Below, piece after piece: positions 50,929 to 59,818 of a DNA stretch of 64,000 nt (its first letter is position 1; each line of letters opens with the position of its first letter). The position numbers were made by a program, and so were the translations under genes. The notes below the pieces were generated by a model. The model worked only from the letters and a program-made list of their open reading frames with translations, did no database searches and was not told where the DNA came from. Source of the DNA: a virus. The stretch lies in the IMG/VR virus record IMGVR_UViG_3300002123_000001; one strand, given 5' to 3'.

Positions 50929-51852
50929 CTAAGCAGATTCTTTCACGCAGGGGTCCGTTATGGGAACTCCCGGCACTCCCCGGAACCCAGGCCGGAAGGG
51001 ACGGGCAGATCTCACCGTCACTTCAACAGCAGGGTTTAGGGGATGTGGTTGCTTGGGCAGGAAGTAAGATCTCCTACCTCCTGGGTCTGGTGTTCTTCCA
51101 TACGCGTCACTAGCCGTTGTAAACGCGGCAGGTGGGCACGTCTGGACCAACAATGGAACAGACCCCTCATGCTCGTGCGACAAGTCTGGGGGGCCAGAAC
51201 TGTGCACGGATGAAAGCCTAGAGGATACGCGCGCCTCGATGCTCTGCACGATGCGCATGCCCAGCGGAGTAAAGGCTGAGGTGCGGATGAACTGGAACGG
51301 AAAGGACACTGATGTGCAGATCCACTCTCGTCCCTTGTCGTCCGCAACAATGCTGCCCGCTGGAGAGGGCGCGCTCATCTGCGGGCGCATCCCAGTGTCG
51401 AACAACAGGCTGTTGGAAATCAGGAGGTCTCTAAGTAGCCAGGTGTACTCCATCACCACCCAAGCCACGCTCTCACTCTCGATGGACTCCCGACTGCAGC
51501 AGTTCATCGTCATCGTACCCGCGACGAGAACCCCCTTGGTCTTTCTCCCAGTGTCCGCCTCGTACTGCATCATGTCGTCAAGGCCCAGCGTGGCGAACTG
51601 AATGGGACCTCGTGTCAGCGTCACCAACGGGCGCTTGGCGATCACCTCTTCCTTCACCGTTGCTTCGTCCCGAACAACTATCTCCGCGACGCTGTCGTCC
51701 TCATCCCAGTGCCAGCACCCAACACCCGGAGGAGCTGCACTGAACAACCCTTGAAGAAACCCCACGAAGGTCTCTCGAAGAGCGACCATCGGGTTGTACT
51801 TGAAGCTACCTGGGAACTGCCCAAGATGGGCTTCAGGTACCTTCGCCGACAT
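50929..51852 (-). CDS. hypothetical tail/neck protein, 307 aa
   Basis: ATG 51852 after AGGAGG. Confidence 0.65.
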   Translation of the reverse strand: MSAKVPEAHLGQFPGSFKYNPMVALRETFVGFLQGLFSAAPPGVGCWHWDEDDSVAEIVVRDEATVKEEVIAKRPLVTLTRGPIQFATLGLDDMMQYEADTGRKTKGVLVAGTMTMNCCSRESIESESVAWVVMEYTWLLRDLLISNSLLFDTGMRPQMSAPSPAGSIVADDKGREWICTSVSFPFQFIRTSAFTPLGMRIVQSIEARVSSRLSSVHSSGPPDLSHEHEGSVPLLVQTCPPAAFTTASDAYGRTPDPGGRRSYFLPKQPHPLNPAVEVTVRSARPFRPGFRGVPGVPITDPCVKESA

Positions 51853-52168
51853 TGGCCGCCTCCTGCTCTCGCGCAGCCCAGTTCTCCCGAGCCTTACCCA
51901 GCATGTGCTCCTGCAGCCCAGAGGCCGCCAGCCCAGCAATCCCTCCAGCGATGGGCACCCCGTAGTTCAACCAGGCGGGACTGCTGGCTCTGCCCTTCAA
52001 CGCGTAGCGGTTCAAGGCTTCCATCCCGGCGTACCCAAGCCCAGACCCAATCGCCATGCCAGCCACGCCCTTCACGTAGGGCATGATGGGATGCTCAGCG
52101 CGCGGAGGAACTTCTCCCTCCGCGATCTTCAACATCTCATCGGCAAAGCTTCGAAATGAAGGCGTCAT
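51833..52168 (-). CDS. small glycine-zipper protein, 111 aa
   Basis: N-terminal SFADEMLKIAEG; GVAGMAIGSGLGYAG and IAGGIAGLAASG. Confidence 0.65.
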   Translation of the reverse strand: MTPSFRSFADEMLKIAEGEVPPRAEHPIMPYVKGVAGMAIGSGLGYAGMEALNRYALKGRASSPAWLNYGVPIAGGIAGLAASGLQEHMLGKARENWAAREQEAANVGEGT

Positions 52169-53109
52169 GGGTTTCTCGGGTAGCCCCCAGGGTACAGCTG
52201 AAAGATGAAGGGGAAGTCGGCCTCTCGAACGGTGTCGTTGGTCAGGTTCTGCGGGTTGATGTAGTTGCGCTTCGGGTTGAACGAGATGTTCTTCAGGTCG
52301 TCGTCGAAGATCAGAGGTATCAGGTACTCGATATCCGTCGTTGGTAACAAGTGTAGCCCCAGATTCTGAAGAATCGGAGCTCGCCCTTGTTCGGTCTCAT
52401 CCACGGTACGAACTACCCACCGCTTGTTCTCACCCTCGATCACGAGATCATCCGGCTTCACGGGTGGGAATGCCCCCATCCTGGCCGTCGTACTCGTCTG
52501 CTGTAGCCGCCCCTGTGTAGAAGCCTGCTCGTTCTTCGCCGTGGGGTCGAACTGCACCCATGCCTCGATGGGGTGGTGGTACCCACGGATGAACCCAGTG
52601 TCGTAGCAAGTACGGCAACCGGATATCGTGCGCTTCTGCAGCTTGGGGTTCCAGCACTCCGAGCACCGCTGGCCCATGGTGCGCGCCGGCAAAACCCAGC
52701 ATCGTCGGCCGTTGAACTCGCTGAACAGCAATCCCAGATGCCTCCGCAGCTCCTCTGCCACCAAGTCTGGTACGGGCTCCTTCTGTTCCGGGCCAAAGTC
52801 GAAGGTGTTCCCCGTCTCCTTGTGCTTCACCCGGAGCAAGTAGAACCACTTGCGGTAGATGTTGCCGACCTTGACCCGGTTGTCGACGAACATGTACCGG
52901 TCTTCTAGCTCCGGTGACAACTCCTCCCACGGCCCCATCGGGGCCTCGCTGCGCAGCACCTGGAACGTGAAGTCCAACACGTCCGTCATCGTGTCGGCGA
53001 GGTCCCAGTAGACCTCGTTGTAATCGATGCTCAAGGACAGAATGCGCAGCCGTACAATGCGCAGGGGGCAGCGCGCAGGGCCTTTGATGTAAAGCCCATC
53101 ACCACTCAT
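52165..53109 (-). CDS. hypothetical virion protein with CSEC...CRTC motif, 314 aa
   Basis: ATGA overlaps on both sides. Confidence 0.7.
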   Translation of the reverse strand: MSGDGLYIKGPARCPLRIVRLRILSLSIDYNEVYWDLADTMTDVLDFTFQVLRSEAPMGPWEELSPELEDRYMFVDNRVKVGNIYRKWFYLLRVKHKETGNTFDFGPEQKEPVPDLVAEELRRHLGLLFSEFNGRRCWVLPARTMGQRCSECWNPKLQKRTISGCRTCYDTGFIRGYHHPIEAWVQFDPTAKNEQASTQGRLQQTSTTARMGAFPPVKPDDLVIEGENKRWVVRTVDETEQGRAPILQNLGLHLLPTTDIEYLIPLIFDDDLKNISFNPKRNYINPQNLTNDTVREADFPFIFQLYPGGYPRNP

Positions 53110-54011
53110 CGGACGGCAGCCATCCTCGCACCAGCTGATGCAATGGGCGGAGTGTTGGGCATCGGAGCTCCTGTCTCAGCAGACTCCGATCGCATCTTTT
53201 CCATCTGCTCCTTGTAGCCCTTCATCCCGCCGCCGATGACGCCAGTGAGCATCCCCGTCGCACCTCCCATGGCGGCACCTGGGGCTGCACCTACTCCGCC
53301 GAACAGTGCGCCTCCCGCGGCGCCACCTGCAGCCCCAACACCGGTCTCGTAGGCTCCGCCCTTCAGGGCCCCCTTGGTAGCCCCGATTGCACCTTGCCGG
53401 GCACCCTCCAGCCCCCCTTGGCGATACCCAGCCAGTCCACCGGCTGCAGCTGGAAGAAGAACAGGGAGAAGGGCCACCTTCTGAAGGAAGGCCACCTTTT
53501 CTCCTCGCCACCACTTGTTCGCGTCTTGCAGACCACTCTGTACGTCATCAGAAGACAAAGATCTAAGAGAGGACCCAATACCCTCCGCGTCCTGACGAAG
53601 CTTACCAGCAGTGGGGCTAGCAAGAGCTCCTGTAATAGCTCCTGCGCCTGCTCCGACACCCGCTCCAAGCGCGGTGCCAATGCCCGGCTTACCTAAGAAC
53701 ATCCCTGCTCCTCTACCAATCACCCCACCAGCGATTCCACCAGGTATGCCAAGAGCTAGAGCATTAGGGGCTCTGTAAAGAAACGGATGCTTCTCCGCAT
53801 AGTCTGCGGAACGCGCCTTCGACTCCTGCACCTGCTGAGCACTAAGACGAAACGCCCTCTCTGCAGCCGACAGCTGTTCCGGCGTGATACTTCCTTCCAT
53901 AGGAAGGAGCTCACTGGCCTCCCACATATCTGGTGTCTTCGCTACCTTCTCAGCGTTCACGGCGTTCGAGCTCAACGCAGAAGGCTTGGGCGCAGGCTTG
54001 TTAGCCTGCAT
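53106..54011 (-). CDS. glycine-zipper protein, 301 aa
   Basis: GIPGGIAGGVIGRGAGMFLGKPGIGTALGAGVGAGAGAITGA and a second Gly-rich block. Confidence 0.7.
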   Translation of the reverse strand: MQANKPAPKPSALSSNAVNAEKVAKTPDMWEASELLPMEGSITPEQLSAAERAFRLSAQQVQESKARSADYAEKHPFLYRAPNALALGIPGGIAGGVIGRGAGMFLGKPGIGTALGAGVGAGAGAITGALASPTAGKLRQDAEGIGSSLRSLSSDDVQSGLQDANKWWRGEKVAFLQKVALLPVLLPAAAGGLAGYRQGGLEGARQGAIGATKGALKGGAYETGVGAAGGAAGGALFGGVGAAPGAAMGGATGMLTGVIGGGMKGYKEQMEKMRSESAETGAPMPNTPPIASAGARMAAVR

Positions 54012-54082
54012 GGAAGACTGCTGCTGTACGAGCTGGGCTACTGCCTGCTCGCCACCCGCTACTCCTGAGACGGCGGCGAGCT

Positions 54083-54589
54083 TCAGGCTTTTGGGAGGAT
54101 CTCTGCAGCCGCCTTCCTCATCGCGGAGGCAGCCTTCTCGCTCACAGGCTCTGCAGTGGTGGGAGGCTCCTTCATTTCACCCGCGGATTCTTCTGTGTGA
54201 TCCTCCCCGGGTTCCTTCACCGGCTCCTCTGCCGCCTTTCCTCCGTGAGACATGGCCAGCTGAAGCTCCAACAGCTTCTTCTTTAGCCGGATCTTGTCCT
54301 TCTGGTCGTAGGTGTCGTCCCGCTCGGACGTGATTCGCTTCTCCAGCTCTGCAGCCTCCGCTTGAAGCAGCTCCTTCTCCAGGGCAACCGCCTGGTTGTA
54401 CAACGGGGTTCCCTCGAACTGGGTCAGCCACTTCGGGTCCCCGTCGTAGTACGACAGCTTGATCTTCCCGGAGGCGATCTTCTGAATCTCCTCCAGCGGA
54501 AGGTCCTTCATCACCGCAGTCAGCTCATCGACTGAAGAGGCGGTCTTCTCACGCTCGGCCAACACGTCCAGGAAGGTGTCCAACATCAC
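54083..54589 (-). CDS. coiled-coil acidic protein, 168 aa
   Basis: GTG 54589 or ATG 54586 overlapping the upstream stop. Confidence 0.65.
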   Translation of the reverse strand: MMLDTFLDVLAEREKTASSVDELTAVMKDLPLEEIQKIASGKIKLSYYDGDPKWLTQFEGTPLYNQAVALEKELLQAEAAELEKRITSERDDTYDQKDKIRLKKKLLELQLAMSHGGKAAEEPVKEPGEDHTEESAGEMKEPPTTAEPVSEKAASAMRKAAAEILPKA

Positions 54590-56010
54590 GCTCTCCCAAG
54601 TCGACGAATGCTCCCCTCGATGCCTGCACCGCGCAGACCAAAGTTGAGAGCTGTCCCTGCTGCACGGCGAGCAGCTACCTGCGTGGGAAACTGCTGCGCC
54701 ATCTGCGTGTCCACGATCTGCTTCTGCAGACGAGCTGATGCCGCCGCCTGCGCGTAGCTGCCATCAGTTGTTCGCTGCAGCTCGCTGAGACGCTCCTGCA
54801 TCTCACCAACGTTCTTCCCGCGGTCGACAGCCACCGAGCCAGCGCCAACCGCTGCCCCGAGGGCTGCCCCGCCAAGGGCTCCGTAGAACGCGGTCTTCAC
54901 CGAGCTCGTCTTCTCCCCCATGGGAGGAACGCCCCCGGCCGGGTGCGCCGTCGAGGTGGGTGGTCCAGGAGGCCCCCCGGCCGGGGCGTTCATGTCTTTT
55001 GCCCCCGCCGGCGGCGAAGCCCCAGGAGCCGTCTTCTGGTCCGGGGCTTTCCCAGCCCCAGGAGCACCGCCCTCCGGCGCCATCGCCTGCCCTTCCATCG
55101 GCGGTTCAGCAGGCGGTGCCGGGGGCAAAGCCCCGCCGAGAGAGCCACCCAGAGCCCCCGCAGCGTCCGCCGCCGGGTCCTGCGAAGCCACCTCCATCAT
55201 CATCTGCCGCTGCTTCTGCATCGCCATCCGCAGATTGGCGGCAATCTCCGTCTGCTGCAGCGCCTCATCCCGGGCCTTCATCGCCTCCTGCAAAGACGCC
55301 TGAATGCGCTGAGCAGTGCTATCAGCCTCCGCTTGAAGCTGCTCCGTGCCAGCCGACATCTGAAGCGCTTGATCTTGAGCCTGCTGAACAGCTTGCTCCG
55401 CATCCCGCGCCTTGCTCTTGAAGTAGTCGGCCTCATTGGAGTTCTGCGCCTCCTGCCCCATCGCCTCAGCCTGCAGGTAGTTCGCGGGCATGAGCTCTGG
55501 CTTGTCCGTCGGAGCCGTCATCTGGGCCTCTGGACCTCCCTGCGCCAAGGCTGGTTCATCAGCAGCCGACTTCACCCAAGCAGCCATCCTGGCAGCCGCC
55601 GTCTTCAGTACGGCATCCACCGGAGATGCAGCAGAAGCAGACCGAGCAATGTCGACCTCCGTCCCCAGCTCCCCACCAAGGCTTCTTCCAGCCAGCCCCC
55701 CAATGGCAGCTCCCCCCAATGCACCCATCGGGCCCCCAACGAGACTGCGCCCAAGAGCTCCGCCAGCGGCCAGCCCACCGATTGCCCCAAGAGCCTTTCC
55801 GGTGCGCTCACCACGGCGAGACTTGTCCCGCTCATGTTCGGCTGCCGTAGAAGAAACCCCGCGCTGACGACCAGTCTCCTTGAGCTCGTCGTCCGTGGGC
55901 GTCTCCTTTGCGGCCGTCTTCGGAAACTCACGAAGCTCGAGGAAGTACTCACTCGCCTCCGACAGCGGGATGGTACGAGCCTCGAGCAGCAACTTCTCTA
56001 GTGAGCTCAT
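54586..56010 (-). CDS. glycine-zipper / Ala-Gln-rich virion protein, 474 aa
   Basis: ATGA overlap; GKALGAIGGLAAGGALGRSLVGGPMGALGGAAIGGLAG. Confidence 0.7.
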   Translation of the reverse strand: MSSLEKLLLEARTIPLSEASEYFLELREFPKTAAKETPTDDELKETGRQRGVSSTAAEHERDKSRRGERTGKALGAIGGLAAGGALGRSLVGGPMGALGGAAIGGLAGRSLGGELGTEVDIARSASAASPVDAVLKTAAARMAAWVKSAADEPALAQGGPEAQMTAPTDKPELMPANYLQAEAMGQEAQNSNEADYFKSKARDAEQAVQQAQDQALQMSAGTEQLQAEADSTAQRIQASLQEAMKARDEALQQTEIAANLRMAMQKQRQMMMEVASQDPAADAAGALGGSLGGALPPAPPAEPPMEGQAMAPEGGAPGAGKAPDQKTAPGASPPAGAKDMNAPAGGPPGPPTSTAHPAGGVPPMGEKTSSVKTAFYGALGGAALGAAVGAGSVAVDRGKNVGEMQERLSELQRTTDGSYAQAAASARLQKQIVDTQMAQQFPTQVAARRAAGTALNFGLRGAGIEGSIRRLGRA

Positions 56011-56453
56011 GTCACCTCCACCACAGCAACGAAGCCGTCCATCCGGGGGCTGATACTGAAGTCGATCAGGCGTGGGGCAGCCCCATCCGGTGGGTTGTAT
56101 ACGGTCCCCGAGATGTCCTTGGCCTTGCTGAACCCAAAGTACGCATTGGCCGTGCCATCCTTGTCCAGCACCACCGCGGACGAAACGTCCGTGTCCCGGA
56201 TGCGCAAGGACCCTTCGTAGAACTGCACCGTGAGCGTTGCGTGCACAGCCACGATCTGATCTTTGATGTCCCCGACGGACAACCCCTCCCCCGTTGGGTC
56301 GTTGAACGTCACCGTCCCAGCAGGCGTGCCGAAGATGAGTGTGAGACCATGCAGCCCCAGCAGCTTACCGCTCATCTGCTTGCCGCTGACGATGCCACCG
56401 TTGAGGGTGTGCTCTGCAGCGTCCGTGTCGCCAAACCGTAGAATCTTCAACAT
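56007..56453 (-). CDS. small beta protein with one IN-like repeat unit, 148 aa
   Basis: aa 34-108 match the sheath repeat. Confidence 0.65.
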   Translation of the reverse strand: MLKILRFGDTDAAEHTLNGGIVSGKQMSGKLLGLHGLTLIFGTPAGTVTFNDPTGEGLSVGDIKDQIVAVHATLTVQFYEGSLRIRDTDVSSAVVLDKDGTANAYFGFSKAKDISGTVYNPPDGAAPRLIDFSISPRMDGFVAVVEVT

Positions 56454-56463
56454 CTTTTGGCCC

Positions 56464-56970
56464 CTAGTAGCTGAGATAGGACGCGTTCACGGCAAAGAGT
56501 TCCGAGTGCACCCCAACATTTCCGGGGCCGAGGATACCCTCGATGTTCGCGGCCACCTTGACCTTTTGCTTCATCTGGTCAGTGCTGCTCTTGAAGTACT
56601 GCAGCCAGTTCATGATCAACGGGGTCTTGTCATTGACACCCACGTTGATGCCGCCGTTCGAGTAGTTGATGTGGTTCCTCGTCTGAAGTAGACCCACCGA
56701 CTCGAGCAGCGTGATGACCGTCATGCGAAGAAGAAGAGCTTGCTGGCTCTTCCCAAGAAACGTACTGATGTCCCAGTTGCCAATCCATGGAGGCGTCCCG
56801 TTGAAGTCCGCCATCGCATCCATCACCGCCCAGGCAATGATGCGATCGTTGGACTCCTCACCAGCTATGAGCCGGTTGAGCTGCGCGAAGTCACGCGTGT
56901 ACAAGCGTACCGTCTGAACGAACGCCTGCATCGCGGGGCTCAGCCCCTGAACGCCTTCTAGAACGGCCAT
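56464..56970 (-). CDS. hypothetical head-tail joining region protein, 168 aa
   Basis: ATGA overlap; position after capsid genes. Confidence 0.6.
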   Translation of the reverse strand: MAVLEGVQGLSPAMQAFVQTVRLYTRDFAQLNRLIAGEESNDRIIAWAVMDAMADFNGTPPWIGNWDISTFLGKSQQALLLRMTVITLLESVGLLQTRNHINYSNGGINVGVNDKTPLIMNWLQYFKSSTDQMKQKVKVAANIEGILGPGNVGVHSELFAVNASYLSY

Positions 56971-57572
56971 CAGTGCCTACGGTGCTTGGAGTGCGACCGC
57001 TGAAACGACGGGCGGTCATCCTTGGTGTCAGCCGGCGCTTCCGCGGGAACCAACTCGTCCAAGAACGGGTTCTCCTCGATCAACATCGGGGATTCGACCA
57101 CCTCTTCCACAGGCGGTAGCTCTGGTTCGGGCACTGCCTCCGGAGCTGGCTCTGCCACGGGTTCCACCACCGGCTCCTCGACCGTCGGCTCAGGTGGAAC
57201 TGGCGGCTCTTCCTTCTTCTCCTCTTCCTTCTTCTCTGGTTCTCCACCTCCCGCTGGGTCTGGTGTCCCCGTGGGGGCAACGGAAGGAGCTGCGGGCAGA
57301 GCGGCCGCAACCACCGCGGGGGCGAAGTCGCTCATGAGCACGCGCCGACGGCTGTTGTTCGTTATCTCCACCAGCCCCTTGACCTCCAGGTCCAGCAGCT
57401 GTGCGTAGTTGCGCCGCAGAAAGTTCTCGCTGACTTCGACTGGCTGCCCTCGTACGACGCGAATGGAGCCTCCGATGAACAGGTTCTTGGTGCTGTTCAT
57501 GGGGCCGGCTTTTGCGGACCGTGTAGCCCGGGTGTGGGGGGAACGTGTGGTGTTGTGAATGATGTAGGTCAT
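56970..57572 (-). CDS. protein with Pro/Glu-rich C-terminal half, 200 aa
   Basis: ATG ORF; weak SD, alternative ATG at 57500. Confidence 0.6.
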   Translation of the reverse strand: MTYIIHNTTRSPHTRATRSAKAGPMNSTKNLFIGGSIRVVRGQPVEVSENFLRRNYAQLLDLEVKGLVEITNNSRRRVLMSDFAPAVVAAALPAAPSVAPTGTPDPAGGGEPEKKEEEKKEEPPVPPEPTVEEPVVEPVAEPAPEAVPEPELPPVEEVVESPMLIEENPFLDELVPAEAPADTKDDRPSFQRSHSKHRRH

Positions 57573-57647
57573 CGTGGATACATCCTACCGCAGATACACG
57601 AAAAGGGCACCAGCCACCCAGGGCCGGCGCCCTCTTCGGGCCGACGA

Positions 57648-57673
57648 GTCTCGGAGACAGCCGAGCCTGGTAA
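57648..57673. repeat. 26-nt hairpin element, copy 4
   Basis: GTCTCGGAGACAGCCGAGCCTGGTAA, 15 nt after the capsid gene stop. Confidence 0.85.
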
Positions 57674-57688
57674 TCAAGCAACCGGAGA

Positions 57689-58810
57689 TCAGTTGCTGAC
57701 GACCTGCGGGAACTTCAGCCCCTGGTCGACTCGGTTGTTCACCGCGCCCAGAGCCTCCTCATCCACCGGGATGAAGCTGGCACGGAGACCCTCGTTGTCG
57801 TGCTCGGTGGCGTCCGCCGAGTAGAGCTCGACCTTCCGGACCGCGGCGATGTTGATCACCGACATGGCGATGTCCTCCCACGACTGGAAGGTGATCATGT
57901 TCGCCACCTTGTCGATGTAGAACTTCGTCTGGTTCAGGACGTAGAACTTGCCGAAGAACTCGGGCGACGTGAAGAAGTACATGTTGCCTGGGCGCAAGAT
58001 GTCTGTCTTCACCGTGCGGACGAACGGGCGCCCCAGCAGGGTGTTGTACTTGTACCCGTCGACCGTGGTCTCCGACTGGATGCGGTCGCCCTGGTCCTCC
58101 ACCGTCCAAGACAGCTGGTCGTCCCAGTCCACTTCGGTTACGAGCCACCGCTCACAGCGGAGCCGGTTGCCGTCCAGGAGCTTGAACCCCGAGACGATGT
58201 CCCGCCTCTGCAGCGGACGAACCACGGCGTCATCCGTGAGAGCCACGCGCGCCAGCTCGCCCTTGCGAACGCTGAACTCCACGAGGCCGCCCGCGCCGAT
58301 CGAGGTGGCGTTGAGAATCGGCGCCGCAGCGACGCCGTTCGCTTCCGCCTGAAGCGCCTGGCACGCCGCCTCGATGTGGAACGTGAACTCCCGGTCCTCG
58401 ATCTCCTGGATGTCCTTCACCGAGTTCTCCTCGATGACCTTGGTGATGGGCATATCGTAGGCGAGGAGCTCCTGCTCGGTCTTCTGGAAGACCTCGCTGG
58501 AGATCGTGAAGAACGCCACCTCGGCACGCGGCCCGCGGATGAACCGCGCCGTGGGCTGGCCACGGAAGGAAAGCGCCATCGCCCGGCTCCGGGGCTCGAC
58601 GTTCACGATCTTGACCAGAGTGTCGTGCCGCGTGCTGACCTGGCAGTCTGCACGCGTCACCTGCTCCGGCGGGACCAGCTTGCGCACGTAGCAGACCTCA
58701 CGGAGCTTGTCGCGGATGTACGACCCTCCGAACTGCGCCAGCTTCTCCTTGCCACCCGGCTCACTCAGCCGAGTGTTGAACAGCTCATTGACCTGTCGGC
58801 CGCTTGCCAT
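57689..58810 (-). CDS. major capsid protein (HK97-fold-like), 373 aa
   Basis: Size, position after scaffold- and decoration-like genes, strong SD GAGGAG, C-terminal LLGRPFV...MYFFTSPEFFGKFYVL...ITFQSWEDIAMSV pattern. Confidence 0.6.
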   Translation of the reverse strand: MASGRQVNELFNTRLSEPGGKEKLAQFGGSYIRDKLREVCYVRKLVPPEQVTRADCQVSTRHDTLVKIVNVEPRSRAMALSFRGQPTARFIRGPRAEVAFFTISSEVFQKTEQELLAYDMPITKVIEENSVKDIQEIEDREFTFHIEAACQALQAEANGVAAAPILNATSIGAGGLVEFSVRKGELARVALTDDAVVRPLQRRDIVSGFKLLDGNRLRCERWLVTEVDWDDQLSWTVEDQGDRIQSETTVDGYKYNTLLGRPFVRTVKTDILRPGNMYFFTSPEFFGKFYVLNQTKFYIDKVANMITFQSWEDIAMSVINIAAVRKVELYSADATEHDNEGLRASFIPVDEEALGAVNNRVDQGLKFPQVVSN

Positions 58811-58861
58811 GTCGTTCTCCTCTTCTCGTCGTCGTCAGTTGATTGTACCGCCTCGAACGGA

Positions 58862-59398
58862 TCAGCCGAAGCCGCCGCGAATGCGGAGCCAACCACCGTT
58901 GCTCGTGTGTAGGCGCTCCACGTACGCCACGATCAGAACCGTGTCGGCCGCACCAGCGCCCACGAGGCCGCTGACGATCTTGCCGTCGATGCTGATGCTC
59001 GCCACCTTCAGCGGCTGGTGAACATCCGTGATGGCAGCTCCGGCTCCGATGACGGCCGCTGCGTCGAAGATGCGGGTCTCGAACTCCCACTGGTTCGCCC
59101 ACAGCAGCGGGCACTTCCGCTCGAACATCGCCTGAACGTCGTACCGCCCAGACTCCCCCCACAGCGGGTACAGCCGCTTCAGGTAGCCGTTGGGGGTGGT
59201 CGCCGGTGCGTTGCCAGCAGCCGCGATGTCGACGGCGCGCTCCAGCTTGTTCGACTGGTTCACCGTCATCCACTCGCCGTCCACGAGGAACGTCAAGCTG
59301 CGGGGGTTCGCGAGAGTCTTGTCTGCGAGTCCAATATCCCGGCGAACCACGGGCAGGACATCTCCGACTGGTCGGAAGTTCTCGATTTCGATGGTCAT
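58862..59398 (-). CDS. putative head decoration / capsid-associated protein, 178 aa
   Basis: Between scaffold-like and capsid genes. Confidence 0.35.
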   Translation of the reverse strand: MTIEIENFRPVGDVLPVVRRDIGLADKTLANPRSLTFLVDGEWMTVNQSNKLERAVDIAAAGNAPATTPNGYLKRLYPLWGESGRYDVQAMFERKCPLLWANQWEFETRIFDAAAVIGAGAAITDVHQPLKVASISIDGKIVSGLVGAGAADTVLIVAYVERLHTSNGGWLRIRGGFG

Positions 59399-59431
59399 GA
59401 TGTTGTTCCTGTTGCTGCGGTTCTAGCCGGG

Positions 59432-59803
59432 TTAGCCGACCGTTCCCAGAATGAAGTTCTCGAAGTCTGAGCCGGACTGCGATGCCATGCCGTCGGACAG
59501 CCGAGCGCCATTCATCATGTCGCCCGGTTGCATCTGCAGCGCGGCCTTGATGATCTCGAGCCGCGAGTCGTCCTCCTGCTCGAGCGCCGCGGCCAGCTTG
59601 TCGAAGCTGGTGTCCAGGTTGACGCCCTTGTCGTGCATGGCAGCGGCGATCTTCTCCGCCTCCATGCGCTTCAGAAGTAGCGCGTTGTTCGCCTCGGCCT
59701 GCGCCAGCTTCACAGCCAGCCCATCACGCTCCGAAGCAACCTTTTGCAGCGCATGCCCAGCGTCAACGAGCACCGCTGCAGCCTTCTCCATATCCAGGTT
59801 CAT
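59432..59803 (-). CDS. putative scaffolding protein, 123 aa
   Basis: Helical, Ala/Lys/Glu-rich; immediately upstream of the capsid module. Confidence 0.45.
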   Translation of the reverse strand: MNLDMEKAAAVLVDAGHALQKVASERDGLAVKLAQAEANNALLLKRMEAEKIAAAMHDKGVNLDTSFDKLAAALEQEDDSRLEIIKAALQMQPGDMMNGARLSDGMASQSGSDFENFILGTVG

Positions 59804-59818
59804 CGTGATGCCTTTCCG

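Noticed and set aside
57205-57240. Near-identical polypyrimidine DNA stretch shared with 62450-62485 (CTCCTTCTTCTC..TTCCTTCTTCTCT)
   Set aside because: Both encode EKKEEEKKEE-type low-complexity protein segments, so this is compositional similarity rather than a mobile or regulatory repeat.
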